A stretch of 63,798 nucleotides of DNA, filler included, from Octopus bimaculoides (lineage: Eukaryota), in NCBI RefSeq assembly GCF_001194135.2. It is 7 parts of 5 records of this genome, joined end to end, with 100 filler letters (N's around TTAATTAATTAA, not from the genome) between each part and the next. Parts side by side here need not be neighbours in the genome. Positions count along the whole stretch, not along the records: positions 46,789 to 52,891 come from NC_068988.1; positions 52,992 to 57,417 come from NC_068991.1; positions 57,518 to 63,798 come from NC_068985.1; 4 more parts are not named here. One strand, given 5' to 3'. Position 1 is the stretch's first letter; every line of letters begins with the position of its first letter. Position numbers and translations under genes: made by a program. This document shows positions 50,100-63,798 of this stretch, in pieces. Under the pieces are notes generated by a model. The model searched no databases. It saw only the letters and a program-made list of their open reading frames with translations, and was not told the DNA's origin.

Positions 50100-50495
50100 A
50101 GTACCTACCTATATACATACATATATACATACATACATGCACACATACACACACTTATGCACATACCCACATACATGCATACATGCATACACACACATAC
50201 ACATTCACATTGACAATATTAATTTTATTGCCATTCATCTCTCTGCCACTGCCTCCAAAGCATTGCAATGTCATCGCTCATAACTATTGCAGCACAAAAT
50301 ATAATTTTAACATTGAAAGCTATAAATAATATACATTTTAAACATTTATAGACTATTTATTGCTTCAAATATCTACAATAACTATAGCAGTAACTTTATA
50401 CAGAATATTTCCCACTAATAAATCAATCACTAAATAAATGTAATTGATTATGGATATATATATATATATATGTACACACACACATACATGCATAC

Positions 50496-50543
<48 letters not shown>

Positions 50544-50565
50544 ATAAATACACATGCACACATGT

Positions 50566-50597
<32 letters not shown>

Positions 50598-50600
50598 ATC

Positions 50601-50648
<48 letters not shown>

Positions 50649-51034
50649 CACATATTGATGGATAGATACACATATTGATAGATAGATATAGATATATCAA
50701 TTAAATTTGGGTATTCAATTTGGCAGTTTGCTTTAGGAAGCTCATCTACTGGTATTGGCTAACAGATTTGCTTATACAGTGAGACCAATGGTATCATTGA
50801 ATATACATCTGTAAATCAGCAAATATCCATAGAGTATATATAGAAATATAAACAAGTTAGAGTCTGGACAGCTCTGTGTCAAACCATCCAACCCATGGAT
50901 TGAGCAAATGCTTTATTGCATCATACAACAATCGTTTCATCATCAGATCATTGCCAAAATATTATTATACATTTATATGTTGGTATGCATACATGTATAT
51001 CCATCTATCCATCCGTCCATCTATCCAGCTCTCC

Positions 51035-51112
<78 letters not shown>

Positions 51113-51379
51113 TTGTCTATCTATGTAAATAGTAAATGCATTTAAGGAGGAGGAGAGTAAAAGCAAGAAAAGAGAGGGAGTTGAAACAAATAATTTAAAA
51201 GTAAAGTACAAAATAAAAAATACAAATATTAACATAAAAATAACCATGTAAAAATATGACGAAACTATTAAGTGGCAAGATGTGGAAATATTTGGAAGAA
51301 AATTTCAATAAAATGCAATGATGTTGCTGCTTAAACAGTGTGCATTTGTTAGTTGAAAAGGCTTGGGGGTTTACTCTTG

Positions 51380-51528
51380 AAGTGGTTGGCATTAGGAAGG
51401 GCGTCCAGCCATAGGAACTTTGCCAAATCAGATCAGAACCTGGTGTAGCCCCTTGGCTTACAAGTTTCCAGTCAAACTGTCCAACCCATGCCAGCATAGA
51501 AAACGGACGTTAAATGATGATGATGATG
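51380..51528 (+). mobile_element. 3' fragment of the RTE-tailed element
   Basis: GTGGTTGGCATTAGGAAGGGCGTCCAGCC..AACCCATGCCAGCATAGAAAACGGACGTTAAATGATGATG. Confidence 0.75.
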
Positions 51529-53458
51529 AGAGCTATAGTAGAAGACACTTGTCCATATTAGCACTAAACTAAAACCATGTCGTTGGAGAGCAAATAGCTT
51601 AACCCCACAACCACCTCTGCACCTTGTAAGGAAATCCTTTTCAGCATTTATAGACTGAGAAATCAATGATTTTTCTCTGGTCTGAGACAGAAGAGATACA
51701 TATTTAGATGTTGTACACTGTCATATGGGTGTTGGTATGGAATATAACATCTAGTAAATTATTTTTCCCCATGTAGGTTACACTATTATTTGGTGCATAA
51801 AAGGGTCCAGGGTGGCAATAATTAACTTCATAATTTTCAGTCTGTTTTAACGCAAGCTCCACTGTTTAATATACCCCGAAAGCCAGTTTATAGCCTTTAC
51901 ACTTTATTGCATGTAATGCAATAAAGCACACTTTATATGCACTTTATTGCATTATACATGTGTACTTATTGTATGAAGGTCTATAAAAGAAGATAGATGG
52001 TATCTCCAGGCATAAATGATCCAGACAGTTAAACTAGAAATTAAGACAGCCTAATAAAATTTTACAAGACAAAAGTGGATGATGTTGGGAAAGACTGAGT
52101 TAGATGAGGAGAGGTCAACAAATGTATGGCGAGAGCTGAAACAAGAAGTAGAGAGGAAAGAGAAAATGTCTCCACAGTTTATAAGAAATTGCCAAAAGTT
52201 GATTTCCATCAGATGCAGTAAAGGAGAGTGGTGTTAGTGACCAGGTTGGAATGAAAGTCCTTCATAGTATTTATTGAAATAATGGAACATAAATAAATAT
52301 AGCATTATACGTGTGTTTTAAATGAAGAATATGACTACCATAATGTGAATATTTTCACTTTCTTTTAACATAGGCTCTTAATTTAAATCATGTGCCACAT
52401 GAATACAATTAATATATATAAGTGTGTGTGTGTGAAGTCACTCTTGATTACTATTGGTAACATGTAACCCAATAGAACCTGTCACATGACCAGGTCATCA
52501 GCAACCAAACCAGCAACACTACAAAGCCTGCTTGGCATGCAGTGTGGATTTTGGACACCCTGCAGGATGAAAAGCAAGACCTATCAAACCACTGGCAGTG
52601 AGGGATCCCTTGGTGTTGTTGTCACCCATCCTTCTAAGTGAGGGACACCTAGATGTAACTTGCAATTTCATGTGAATACTGTGTTGAAACAGATATTGTA
52701 TTGTTTTTTTTTTTTTGCCAAATAAACACATGCACTATATATTCGTTCTTCACTTGTTTATTACATTTCTTAATCTAACTTGTGACCATTGTCTGGAAAT
52801 CTTTCATCAAACATCTGTGACCTCCTCAGAGACACTTTCTGTGTTTGTGTGTGCTTTTGCTCTGCTTATTTCATTCTCTCTCTCTCTCTCTNNNNNNNNN
52901 NNNNNNNNNNNNNNNNNNNNNNNNNNNNNNNNNNNTTAATTAATTAANNNNNNNNNNNNNNNNNNNNNNNNNNNNNNNNNNNNNNNNNNNNAATCAGTGA
53001 CGTTTCTAATGATGATGGTGATAAAGTTGATGATGATGACGACGATGATGATGATTATGGGGTGGTGGTATTGGTAGCAGCAGCCGAGGTGGTAGCGGTG
53101 GTGGTGGTAGTGGTGGTGGTAGCAGTGGTGGCGATGGGTAGTGGTGGAGGGTAGTGGTGATCACGTCCTCAGACAGAAACTTCTGGACGGTGAAAACTGG
53201 AAGGTAAATAATGAGTGAATGAAGAGTGAACGAAGATTAATGAGTGACCGAGACAAGAGAGAGAGAGAGAGAGATGGAGGGACACAAAGAGAGAGCAACG
53301 AACAGAGGGGGAGAAGGTGATAGGTGGGGAACGGAAGTGTGGAGGAGGAAGATCTGTCGGAATTTTATTGATTGGCGGTAAATAAACATAGAACAGATTG
53401 GGAAAATAGAAAGAGGAAGGGGAACAAAGTAAGAACAGAAGGAAGAAGAAAGACAAAG

Positions 53459-53514
<56 letters not shown>

Positions 53515-54448
53515 TAGTAGTAAGTCCGAGACAGAGGGATTGCAGAATTAACGAGACGAGAATATGAGAAAATAAAAGACAATCAGTGGAGACTGGAGAT
53601 ACTGTTGGCGGCGGTCTGGGTTAAATAAATACTATNNNNNNNNNNNNNNNNNNNNNNNNNNNNNNNNNNNNNNNNNNNNNNNNNNNNNNNNNNNNNNNNN
53701 NNNNNNNNNNNNNNNNNNNNNNNNNNNNNNNNNNNNNNNNNNNNNNNNNNNNNNNNNNNNNNNNNNNNNNNNNNNNNNNNNNNNNNNNNNNNNNNNNNNN
53801 NNNNNNNNNNNNNNNNNNNNNNNNNNNNNNNNNNNNNNNNNNNNNNNNNNNNNNNNNNNNNNNNNNNNNNNNNNNNNNNNNNNNNNNNNNNNNNNNNNNN
53901 NNNNNNNNNNNNNNNNNNNNNNNNNNNNNNNNNNNNNNNNNNNNNNNNNNNNNNNNNNNNNNNNNNNNNNNNNNNNNNNNNNNNNNNNNNNNNNNNNNNN
54001 NNNNNNNNNNNNNNNNNNNNNNNNNNNNNNNNNNNNNNNNNNNNNNNNNNNNNNNNNNNNNNNNNNNNNNNNNNNNNNNNNNNNNNNNNNNNNNNNNNNN
54101 NNNNNNNNNNNNNNNNNNNNNNNNNNNNNNNNNNNNNNNNNNNNNNNNNNNNNNNNNNNNNNNNNNNNNNNNNNNNNNNNNNNNNNNNNNNNNNNNNNNN
54201 NNNNNNNNNNNNNNNNNNNNNNNNNNNNNNNNNNNNNNNNNNNNNNNNNNNNNNNNNNNNNNNNNNNNNNNNNNNNNNNNNNNNNNNNNNNNNNNNNNNN
54301 NNNNNNNNNNNNNNNNNNNNNNNNNNNNNNNNNNNNNNNNNNNNNNNNNNNNNNNNNNNNNNNNNNNNNNNNNNNNNNNNNNNNNNNNNNNNNNNNNNNN
54401 NNNNNNNNNNNNNNNNNNTATATATATATATATATATATATAGCTAGC

Positions 54449-54490
<42 letters not shown>

Positions 54491-54604
54491 CATACATACA
54501 TACATACATACATACATACATACATACATACCTATGTACATATGCGTATATGTATATATATATAGGTTGAAAAAAGATTAGAGATCTATCCGAATCAAAT
54601 TTTT

Positions 54605-55016
54605 ATATATAAAAGACGGTGATGGAAATAGCACAGAAGTAAATCTAAGACATTTCAATTTAAGACGAAATTTAACAAAAATTATCTTTAAAAAATGATT
54701 ATATAAAGAAAAGATTACCCGTTTTCATGAATCACATCTTATGAAATATCAGTAAAAATTTATGAAAATTTGAGGTAGAAACAGTTTATCTTCTGTCTAA
54801 GGGATATGTTCTTGTCCCCCAGACAGAAGATAAAGTGTTTTTACTTCAAATTTTCATAAACTCATACTGATATTTGATAAGATGAGATTCATCGAAGCCG
54901 GTAATATTTTCTTTTTATAATAATTTTTTTTTTTAATAGTTTTTATTAAATTCCCTCTTAAATTGAAATATCTTAGACTTACTTCTGTGCTATTTCCACC
55001 GCCATTTTACATATAT
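54605..55016. mobile_element. Imperfect ~410-bp foldback element within TA repeats
   Basis: Arms of about 190 bp (ATGGAAATAGCACAGAAGTAA..TTTATCTTCTGTCT / AGACAGAAGATAAA..TTACTTCTGTGCTATTTCCA) with a 22-nt loop at 54799-54820. Confidence 0.8.
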
Positions 55017-55201
55017 ATATATATGTGTGTGTATGTATGTATGTATGTATGTATGTATGTACGTTTGTTTGTATGTATATATGTATGTATGCATATGTAT
55101 ATGTATATGTGTGTGTGTATGTATATGTGTGTGTGTATGTGTGCATGTATGTATATATATATATATTTATATATATATATATATATACATATACATGTAT
55201 G

Positions 55202-55238
<37 letters not shown>

Positions 55239-55652
55239 GAGCAAGGTAACAATTAACTTTATACGGTGCAGCAAAATTCGGAAGGAAACAGCGAAGCTGA
55301 GTCCTCTTTTAGCCACCAGGAGGATGACAGCCTGGAATCGGAAACAATGTAGGAAGATCGTCGTCGGCCTCAACTCAATAAGGAGCGAACGGCTTCAGAA
55401 AGTGGCATGTGTCATAGTCTTGTTGCAGGATGCCTAACTTATTATAACAATTTCATCTAAACTTGTGACATAACACACACCGATGACATCATGCGCATAT
55501 TACGTATGTTACAGTTTTCATTTATTGGTGTCTGACTAGCCACGCGTTTGAAACTCAGAGTACCAAGGATTCTGAATCAAACTGTTTCCATCTTTACATG
55601 TAACTCCCAATGAATATATTGAATGCCCTTCTTTCGTTTGTCTACTCATTCG

Positions 55653-55777
<125 letters not shown>

Positions 55778-56254
55778 AGACATACACGAACAAGCAAACA
55801 TACATACACATATCCATAGCATTACTACATTAATTATGTAATTCTTTCATTTGTCAATGTTCATTTTCATAAATAGATTAATGCCAACTTTGCCTTGATT
55901 CTACAAAATCTATACTTAAACCGTTCTCTTTCTGAATCAGTATTTTACCGAAATTTTCAAACTACATGGTGAGCAATTTATTTTGAATTGTTTTCCCAGC
56001 AATGTACGTCGGGGTTTGTTTTGTCTTTTGGTAACAAATATTTTTTTAGATAAGTATATGCAAATTTTGCTGTCATAATTATGAACTAACTCTTAAATTC
56101 TTTACATGTCCGTTTGTCTGTGTATTTACGTTTATATGTAGTCTCACTCGTATACATACACATATCTATAGATACATACACATTTATAAAATCACACACA
56201 TTTTGCATATCTTTACATGTGTGCATACATATAGATTTTATATAGTAACATATG

Positions 56255-56289
<35 letters not shown>

Positions 56290-56774
56290 NNNNNNNNNNN
56301 NNNNNNNNNNNNNNNNNNNNNNNNNNNNNNNNNNNNNNNNNNNNNNNNNNNNNNNNNNNNNNNNNNNNNNNNNNNNNNNNNNNNNNNNNNNNNNNNNNNN
56401 NNNNNNNNNNNNNNNNNNNNNNNNNNNNNNNNNNNNNNNNNNNNNNNNNNNNNNNNNNNNNNNNNNNNNNNNNNNNNNNNNNNNNNNNNNNNNNNNNNNN
56501 NNNNNNNNNNNNNNNNNNNNNNNNNNNNNNNNNNNNNNNNNNNNNNNNNNNNNNNNNNNNNNNNNNNNNNNNNNNNNNNNNNNNNNNNNNNNNNNNNNNN
56601 NNNNNNNNNNNNNNNNNNNNNNNNNNNNNNNNNNNNNNNNNNNNNNNNNNNNNNNNNNNNNNNNNNNNNNNNNNNNNNNNNNNNNNNNNNNNNNNNNNNN
56701 NNNNNNNNNNNNNNNNNNNNNNNNNNNNNNNNNNNNNNNNNNNNNNNNNNNNNNNNNNNNNNNNNNNNNNNNNN

Positions 56775-56805
<31 letters not shown>

Positions 56806-57136
56806 CACCCATACATACATGTGAAAGTCCATGTAGCTATATCTATATATATCTGCTTCCCCTTCTCTATACACACATATACATACATATATATACACAC
56901 ATATATATGGATATTTGCATGTCTATACATATATGTAAATGTGTAAATATATCTATATGAGTGTGTACATTAATAGATGTGTATATATGCATAAATAAGG
57001 ATATATATTCATATACTTATACATGCATATACACACACTCAAACATACACACAAACACGTGCCCATACTGACAGATAAATAGAAAAACCGTTCCTCCTTC
57101 GCAAAAAAAAAAGAAGAATAGTAATATTTTCCATAC

Positions 57137-57327
57137 CTTTCTTTTTCCTTCTTCTGTTCTGTGAGTGCCGACGCAAAAGTACTTTCTGCAGACTCCATTT
57201 TATTTTTGTCCACACCTGATATTGTCAGTCTCATTTCAGCCAGGAGACATTGTTCTTGGAATTTTCGGTAAGTATTGGGAAGCGGAATATATTTTCTGTC
57301 TTCAGCAGTGAAATATTCAACAACTGT
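57137..57327 (-). CDS. Candidate coding exon, unidentified (TVVEYFTAEDRKYIPLPNTYRKFQEQCLLAEMRLTISGVDKNKMESAESTFASALTEQKKEKE)
   Basis: 191-nt open frame with an upstream stop just before a pyrimidine tract and AG; donor AAAG|gtatgg; complex, protein-like composition. Confidence 0.45.
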
Positions 57328-57871
57328 CTTTGAGTGAATTCATCCAGCAGAAAATTGAAGGAATAAAAAAGACATTTTTTTTTTCTGCTTTGCAAAAACG
57401 ATTCACTTTATCTAAAANNNNNNNNNNNNNNNNNNNNNNNNNNNNNNNNNNNNNNNNNNNNTTAATTAATTAANNNNNNNNNNNNNNNNNNNNNNNNNNN
57501 NNNNNNNNNNNNNNNNNGTGTGTGTGTGTGTGTGTGTGTGTGTTTGTGTCTGTATGTGTGTGTGTGTAACTACATGCCCTCTATATGTTGTCTATAAACT
57601 CCATTTAATAAGATCGGTTTTTATAAATTTACCATGCTCTTAGAAACAGTAGATAATCGTGCTTGCCATTATGGTTTGTCAAAAACCTGTATTATCTGAA
57701 TAATCGGTCTCATAAATTAAAGTTGCAATATGACAGGTTCCACTCTGCGTACCTCTTCGGAATGTTATCTCTTCTCCTTAGATTTTACTGTCCTGACTAA
57801 AGTATCGAATGTTGAAGTAAAGACGAATCGTACACGTATCATAGCTAGTAATATATCTATCAATATCTAAA

Positions 57872-57935
57872 ACCAAAAGTGTATTACATTTAGGTGGAAT
57901 TTTACCAAAAGTGTATTACATTTAGGTGGAATTTT
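57872..57935. repeat. Perfect 32-bp tandem duplication
   Basis: ACCAAAAGTGTATTACATTTAGGTGGAATTTT occurs twice. Confidence 0.95.
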
Positions 57936-60544
57936 CTAGAGGACAATAGCTTTTTAGGGAGTGTTCATTGCATCAATGATTGAAATCTGTTAATATACGC
58001 TTTGAGAATGAGCATTAATATGGTTGCATAACTTGAGTAGCATGTTTTGCTGAAATCTGCAAGAATATATCCAAGAGGTTATTCTGAAAACGAACTAACA
58101 ATAACTTGTTGATTTCAGCTGCGTCAGCTAGGTAAATCCTCTGCAATATTTAAATGTTCAATATTTCCTTTTTATGGAATTGCTGCCAGACAATTTCATC
58201 TCTAAACCTGTGTATCCGGAATTTAACATATATAGTTTAAATAATCGATGCAGTAATGCTTCAAGTAATGCCGTTTGAAATGGATATGCTATATGTGTTT
58301 AATTGTATTGATAAACACATTTGCATCCATAGTTAAGTTTTCTTTCACAGTGGTAAGAATATTATTGTGAATGCGGTTTCATAGTTGTTTACGTAGAATT
58401 AAGTAGCGCAACTTCCATTTTGTGCTCGTCAGATACCTTAAGTTGTCATTGGTTTCCTTTCTTGTTAAAACATATTGTCTCCTGGTATCCCCACAAGTAT
58501 TATTATATTGAAATTGTGATATAATTGTGTTGTTGTGTTATTGCCGAATGTAAACGCCTACCACGCAATATTTCGCCTTGCATATTTTACACTGATATTT
58601 ACGTTTCCGAATCGGACATTTGAACGTTTGGTATATATGCAACACATTAATCATAGAAATATGATCATTTGCTTAATTATACGCAATGTTTGTATTCATA
58701 GTATTGCATTTATGTTTGAGAATTCACTTAAGATCATTGAGAGTTTCTTGCTTTTGGGGAACAATACCATGAAGCCACAGTTTTGCTTGGGGTGCCATGA
58801 CATGAAGGAATCGATATAGGGAAAGTTTCAACCTCGACACTTTTGAAAGCTTCATAGGTTATTGGATATAGAATTAATCCAGCACATTATAGTGGTTGGA
58901 TTTTGTGTCTAGTTGCTTTTCTGTTTCTTTTGCGAGAAGCATCAAACGTAATATGATAAATGATTGAAAATTTAGGATATCGACAGTGGAAACCTCAAAG
59001 CTTTGGTAATGTCAGGAACGCAAAATATGCCAGAACCATGAGAAACAAATCTATATAATGACAACGAAACCCTGTATAAATCATATTCATATACGGATCT
59101 GAATGCTTGAAGCACACAAAAGGAAAAGAAAGCAGGATACAAAGAATATTTATCAATGTTAAGGATAACAAAGAATTATTTTCGGTAGCGAGGGTAATGG
59201 TGCCAAAAAGCATATTAAAAGGAAATATGACATTATTAAGAGAATGCATCAACGAACAAAATTGCGTGTTTGTCAGACACATTTTGGAGAAGTAGGCGTG
59301 AAGTTGTAATTTACAATTTCACAATTTCTATAGCAGAAGGCACATGTTAAAAGTAAGTAACTTATATACAATTGAGAATATTGAAGAATAAAAAGGCATG
59401 TTCGTGTTGCACGGGGTGCATTAAACATATCCTATCCAAAGGGTCTTTTAAATGCACGCTATTATCTATATCTTCATTTGCTTCCACTTCCCCATTTCCA
59501 AAAGAAAATTAATTATATGCTTCTGCGTGCTAGTGTGTATATTTAACTACGGAACTTCCATTTGATCATGGCCGTTTCGCAATGTTTTTCACGTAATATC
59601 AATTTCATGATAAAATAGATTATCCTTAAATGTTTGCATTTATATATACGCTAATAATTATATAATTTTATATTCACAAAGAATGCAAATAAAGAAACCT
59701 TTGTCATTAGATTATCAGGTTGTCATGGTTACATGAGCAGTTACACTCTAGATATACATACGTATTTCAGTCTACATTGAAATATACTGTGGCTCTTCTA
59801 TTATAGAAAATATTGTCCACATATTAACGCGTTGATATCAATTGATGAAGTATTAGTAATTAAGAGATTTTCCGACTTTACCTTATAGAAAATAACAAGG
59901 AGAAATAGCAAGAACTAAAGAAAAAAACTAAGAGACAGAGTAAAAATAAAACAACATGTGAAGTGAAAATGAAATAACAAATGAAATGAAAAAAACATCA
60001 ACACTTAAATTACATTTTTTAACAAAGTAATTAACACAAATGGATAAGCGGGAGAGAAAGAGGTAGGGAATTAGAGATTCTACATCATGTTTATAAAGAG
60101 TGAAATTTGTGTGTTAAATTGTTGTCTTAACCATGTTATTCTGCTGATTCGATGTACTGCTTTTCATTATTTGCATCAAATATTGCTGAGCACGAGTATT
60201 AATAGAGACACGTACATTGAATTTCATGTATACTTATACTCAAATTAATACTACGTGAAAAAGATTGACAAACGACCGTAATCCTATGCAAAGAAATGTA
60301 ATTAAATAAATCTACATTCGATTCTCATATCTCCAGAATTGTTTATTGTAAGAGATTTGATCAATAAATATCCGGAATGTTGCCATAGTAACAAAGCCAA
60401 ATCACGCAGAGTAAAGCTGCTTGGTACAGATTTACATTGTAATCTACGGTACATGTGCACTAAGGTTTAACGCACAAGCTCAGTTCTGTTGTTTACAGCT
60501 GTGCTTCGAAGGAACGTGTGTAGCATGTAATCGTCACGTTGACC

Positions 60545-60650
60545 ATGACAGAGAACGTGGAGCATAGAATCTACAACGAATTTTTCAAAAAGCTTGGCGA
60601 TATTTGCTCACATGCCTACGCAAAATTTTCAAAAAGATTTCAACGTTCTT
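60545..60650 (+). mobile_element. Mariner transposase N-terminal remnant
   Basis: MTENVEHRIYNEFFKKLGD, similar to TERIEQRYRIKFYQKLRD at 33380. Confidence 0.6.
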
Positions 60651-60669
60651 AATACAATCAAGGATATCG

Positions 60670-61500
60670 TGTGCAACTGAAACCCGAGTGTCCTCTTGTT
60701 GCCGTGAACATAGCTCAGTTCACATTTTCCCATTCTCCCCTACTGGAAGGAGCATCTCAAGCACTGATGCATTTCTTGCTGTGATGGGAACGAATAAATA
60801 TTTGCACACACTATATTTGAATATATATTCTTCAATGTCTGAGACATCAAACATTATTCCAGTAGAACGCTGATATTTAAAGAGGAATTTTTCTATGTAA
60901 TCTGTGGATTTGATGCACAGCTCTCCTCAACCATATAAGTATTTCAGCGGACCTTCTGTTTTAAGGAATGATATAATACACAAACTTCATACAAGCCCAT
61001 CTGAAATGGGATGCTTGTAGCTTCTTAAAATGGAGAATACTTTAGGCAGAGTAATGCCAAAGCCACCCTGTGGATACTGATATTCAAAGATGTTCTGATA
61101 TTTAGAGCCACCCAGTTTGTAAATATGTTCATATAGTAAGCATAAATATAATGGATCGTTGATTTTTACATGAGGGATTTGTGTAACTTGAGGTTACATG
61201 TGAGGTAGTGAGGATGACAGTAATTCCTTGACCCAATGAATGTACATACGGTATTAGCATTGCAGTGTTTGGCATTAGAAGAGAGAGCCGTTCCGATATG
61301 GTTCACGGTTGATGCTAGCTCATCAAATCATCAACGTGTTTTCGTATGTAGAATGTGAATAAGAGTTATTTCGTAGGTTTAAGTTACGCATATAGAGATT
61401 ATCTAAATATAAGCGATATACAAAAGTATACTGAGCGAATGAATGGAGGTATATGATGATTTCTTCGTATAAAGACTTGTTCATAACGCTAGTTGTGTTT
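60670..61500 (-). mobile_element. Highly degraded piggyBac-like transposase C-terminal half
   Basis: YRLYLDNLY (DNxY-like), ASTV, VILTTSH, LGG (MGGVD-like) and a Cys-rich end occur in the expected order, but with many frameshifts. Confidence 0.4.
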
Positions 61501-62318
61501 ATAATATGCATCGTTTCATTTAGGTCATGATTCATCACTCATTCCCTTTCTTATAGCCTTCTGTGAAGAGAAACCAGCAGACAACGCATTTTTCAATACG
61601 AAATGCAATTGTGTAAATGTGACACCACAAAAAACTAATGTACGTTCTGGAGATTAGCAATGATTTTAAAACATGTTCCTTAGATTCATAGATAGATGAT
61701 TTACTTTACTACTTGCTTAAATACAAATGTTCCAAAACGATAAATTTGTTCACATGCAATATATTCCAACAAGGACGAAATCAAATTTATGTCAGTGTTA
61801 TATTATTTCTAATCTCTTCTAAACTTTTAGCAAATCTTAGTCAATTGAACTGTTCAACGATATTATTAAGTAATTATTTCCACAAATCATAAGTTCATCA
61901 CAATGAAAGTGTGTGAAAGGGAATAGGAAGGTAAAGTGGAATTCCACTTATATTGTCAGCATTTTTATTGTTAATAACAAAATATACTTGCATATACATA
62001 TTCATATACATATCCACAATTATATAACTATATCCGTACGAATATAGGTAGCCACGTATATACAAGGGTATATGATATATACAAATGTATATATATATGC
62101 GTACATATATTTGTACTCACATATACAACAAAAGAGACACACGTGCACACGCTAACAGGTACACACACACACACACACACCTGTATGCGTGTGCACAGAA
62201 AGAGAAGAAACGTTCTTTATGATCATTTTTTGGTGTGTTTTTAAATGATTACTATTGTGTTTAGATCTCTCCTAATGTTACAATCTATTGATGTGTATAT
62301 TCTCATGAAATTTAATAC

Positions 62319-62349
<31 letters not shown>

Positions 62350-62904
62350 GTGTGTGTGTATATATATATATAGGTATGCGTGTGATTATATATGCATACA
62401 TATGTATGTATATATATATATATATATATANNNNNNNNNNNNNNNNNNNNNNNNNNNNNNNNNNNNNNNNNNNNNNNNNNNNNNNNNNNNNNNNNNNNNN
62501 NNNNNNNNNNNNNNNNNNNNNNNNNNNNNNNNNNNNNNNNNNNNNNNNNNNNNNNNNNNNNNNNNNNNNNNNNNNNNNNNNNNNNNNNNNNNNNNNNNNN
62601 NNNNNNNNNNNNNNNNNNNNNNNNNNNNNNNNNNNNNNNNNNNNNNNNNNNNNNNNNNNNNNNNNNNNNNNNNNNNNNNNNNNNNNNNNNNNNNNNNNNN
62701 NNNNNNNNNNNNNNNNNNNNNNNNNNNNNNNNNNNNNNNNNNNNNNNNNNNNNNNNNNNNNNNNNNNNNNNNNNNNNNNNNNNNNNNNNNNNNNNNNNNN
62801 NNNNNNNNNNNNNNNNNNNNNNNNNNNNNNNNNNNNNNNNNNNNNNNNNNNNNNNNNNNNNNNNNNNNNNNNNNNNNNNNNNNNNNNNNNNNNNNNNNNN
62901 NNNN

Positions 62905-62940
<36 letters not shown>

Positions 62941-63798
62941 TTTATATATGAGAATATTTTTGTGTCCGCATATTGGTATGTATGTATTTATATGAATAAA
63001 CATAAGTGTGCTTGATTGTCTTAGCGTATGTATAAATGAACGCATATCCATGTATATGACTGCATAATTATATAAAACTATGTATATATATTGATATATT
63101 AATTCACACATACACACACGCACACACACACACACACACTCACATCATATGATTAGATAGATAGGTGACAGATAGGTGATAGGTAAGTGGATAGATAGAT
63201 ATATGAAAGACAGATGATAGATAGGTGGATGGATAGATACACAGATAGATGGATAGATAGATAGATACATAGATAGATAGATAGATAGGTAGATAGATAA
63301 TCTGCTGTGCCAGATCAAAGACTACCGGATAGTTGAACACCCACAACATTAATACTATCACATATGCGTATTGGATTATTTCAGAGACGTTACTAATTTC
63401 CTCGGGGAAGCTCTTACACCAAAGCTACTCATTAGTTACTCTAATAATAGCAGTCAAACATATGAAATATATCAGTCTATTATCTTCAAAGCATAAATCT
63501 TCAAAACATTTGGGAATAAACATTACTCAGATTGTGCAATATTTTAGCGTCCACATGAACACACATGTGTCTGTATGTATGCATGTACGTATGTTTGTAT
63601 GTATATATGTGTGTATGTATGTATGTATGTATGTATATATATATATATATATACATACATACATTTATATATATATATATATATATGAGTGTGTGTGTGT
63701 ATACAAAAATACGTATTGTATGTGTATGTATGTTTATATGTATGTATCTAATGTGTATATATATTATACATGTATATATATATACATATATATATATA

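Noticed and set aside
57240-57267. 28-nt plus-strand mini-exon PGDIVLGIF, reminiscent of class C GPCR N-termini
   Set aside because: Too short to be significant, and it overlaps a longer, more protein-like minus-strand frame.
58500-59100. Possible Polinton/Maverick DNA polymerase B remnant on - (YYDT-like, YIDLFL)
   Set aside because: It requires several assumed frameshifts, motifs A and B are not recognisable, and it cannot be distinguished from chance.

Overview
AT-rich, repeat-saturated eukaryotic genomic DNA with many N gaps. The SINE/LINE families and microsatellite density suggest an octopod cephalopod draft assembly (inference). Almost all long ORFs in the supplied track are artefacts of microsatellites or N runs. 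The one confidently identifiable host coding sequence is a 76-nt minus-strand exon at 7781-7856 (VNPDYKGTFVFQNDFPALLTEGPEP), matching exon 3 of galactose-1-phosphate uridylyltransferase (GALT); exon 2 probably lies in the adjacent gap. A few other exon-like segments are unidentified (13205-13250 and 18995-19107 on +, 57137-57327 on -). The rest is transposon debris: four SINE-like families, RTE, CR1, R4/Dong-type and Penelope retroelements, mariner, Helitron, hAT and piggyBac-like remnants, and several MITE/foldback structures. The most interesting oddities are a variant hammerhead-ribozyme-like motif in a Penelope terminal repeat, RLE-type LINEs associated with different microsatellites ((ACAT)n versus (TAA)n), a SINE carrying an antisense CR1 insert with junction microhomology, and a 240-bp near-perfect palindrome. 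No rRNA, true tRNA or CRISPR array is supported, and I found no clear new multi-gene system.
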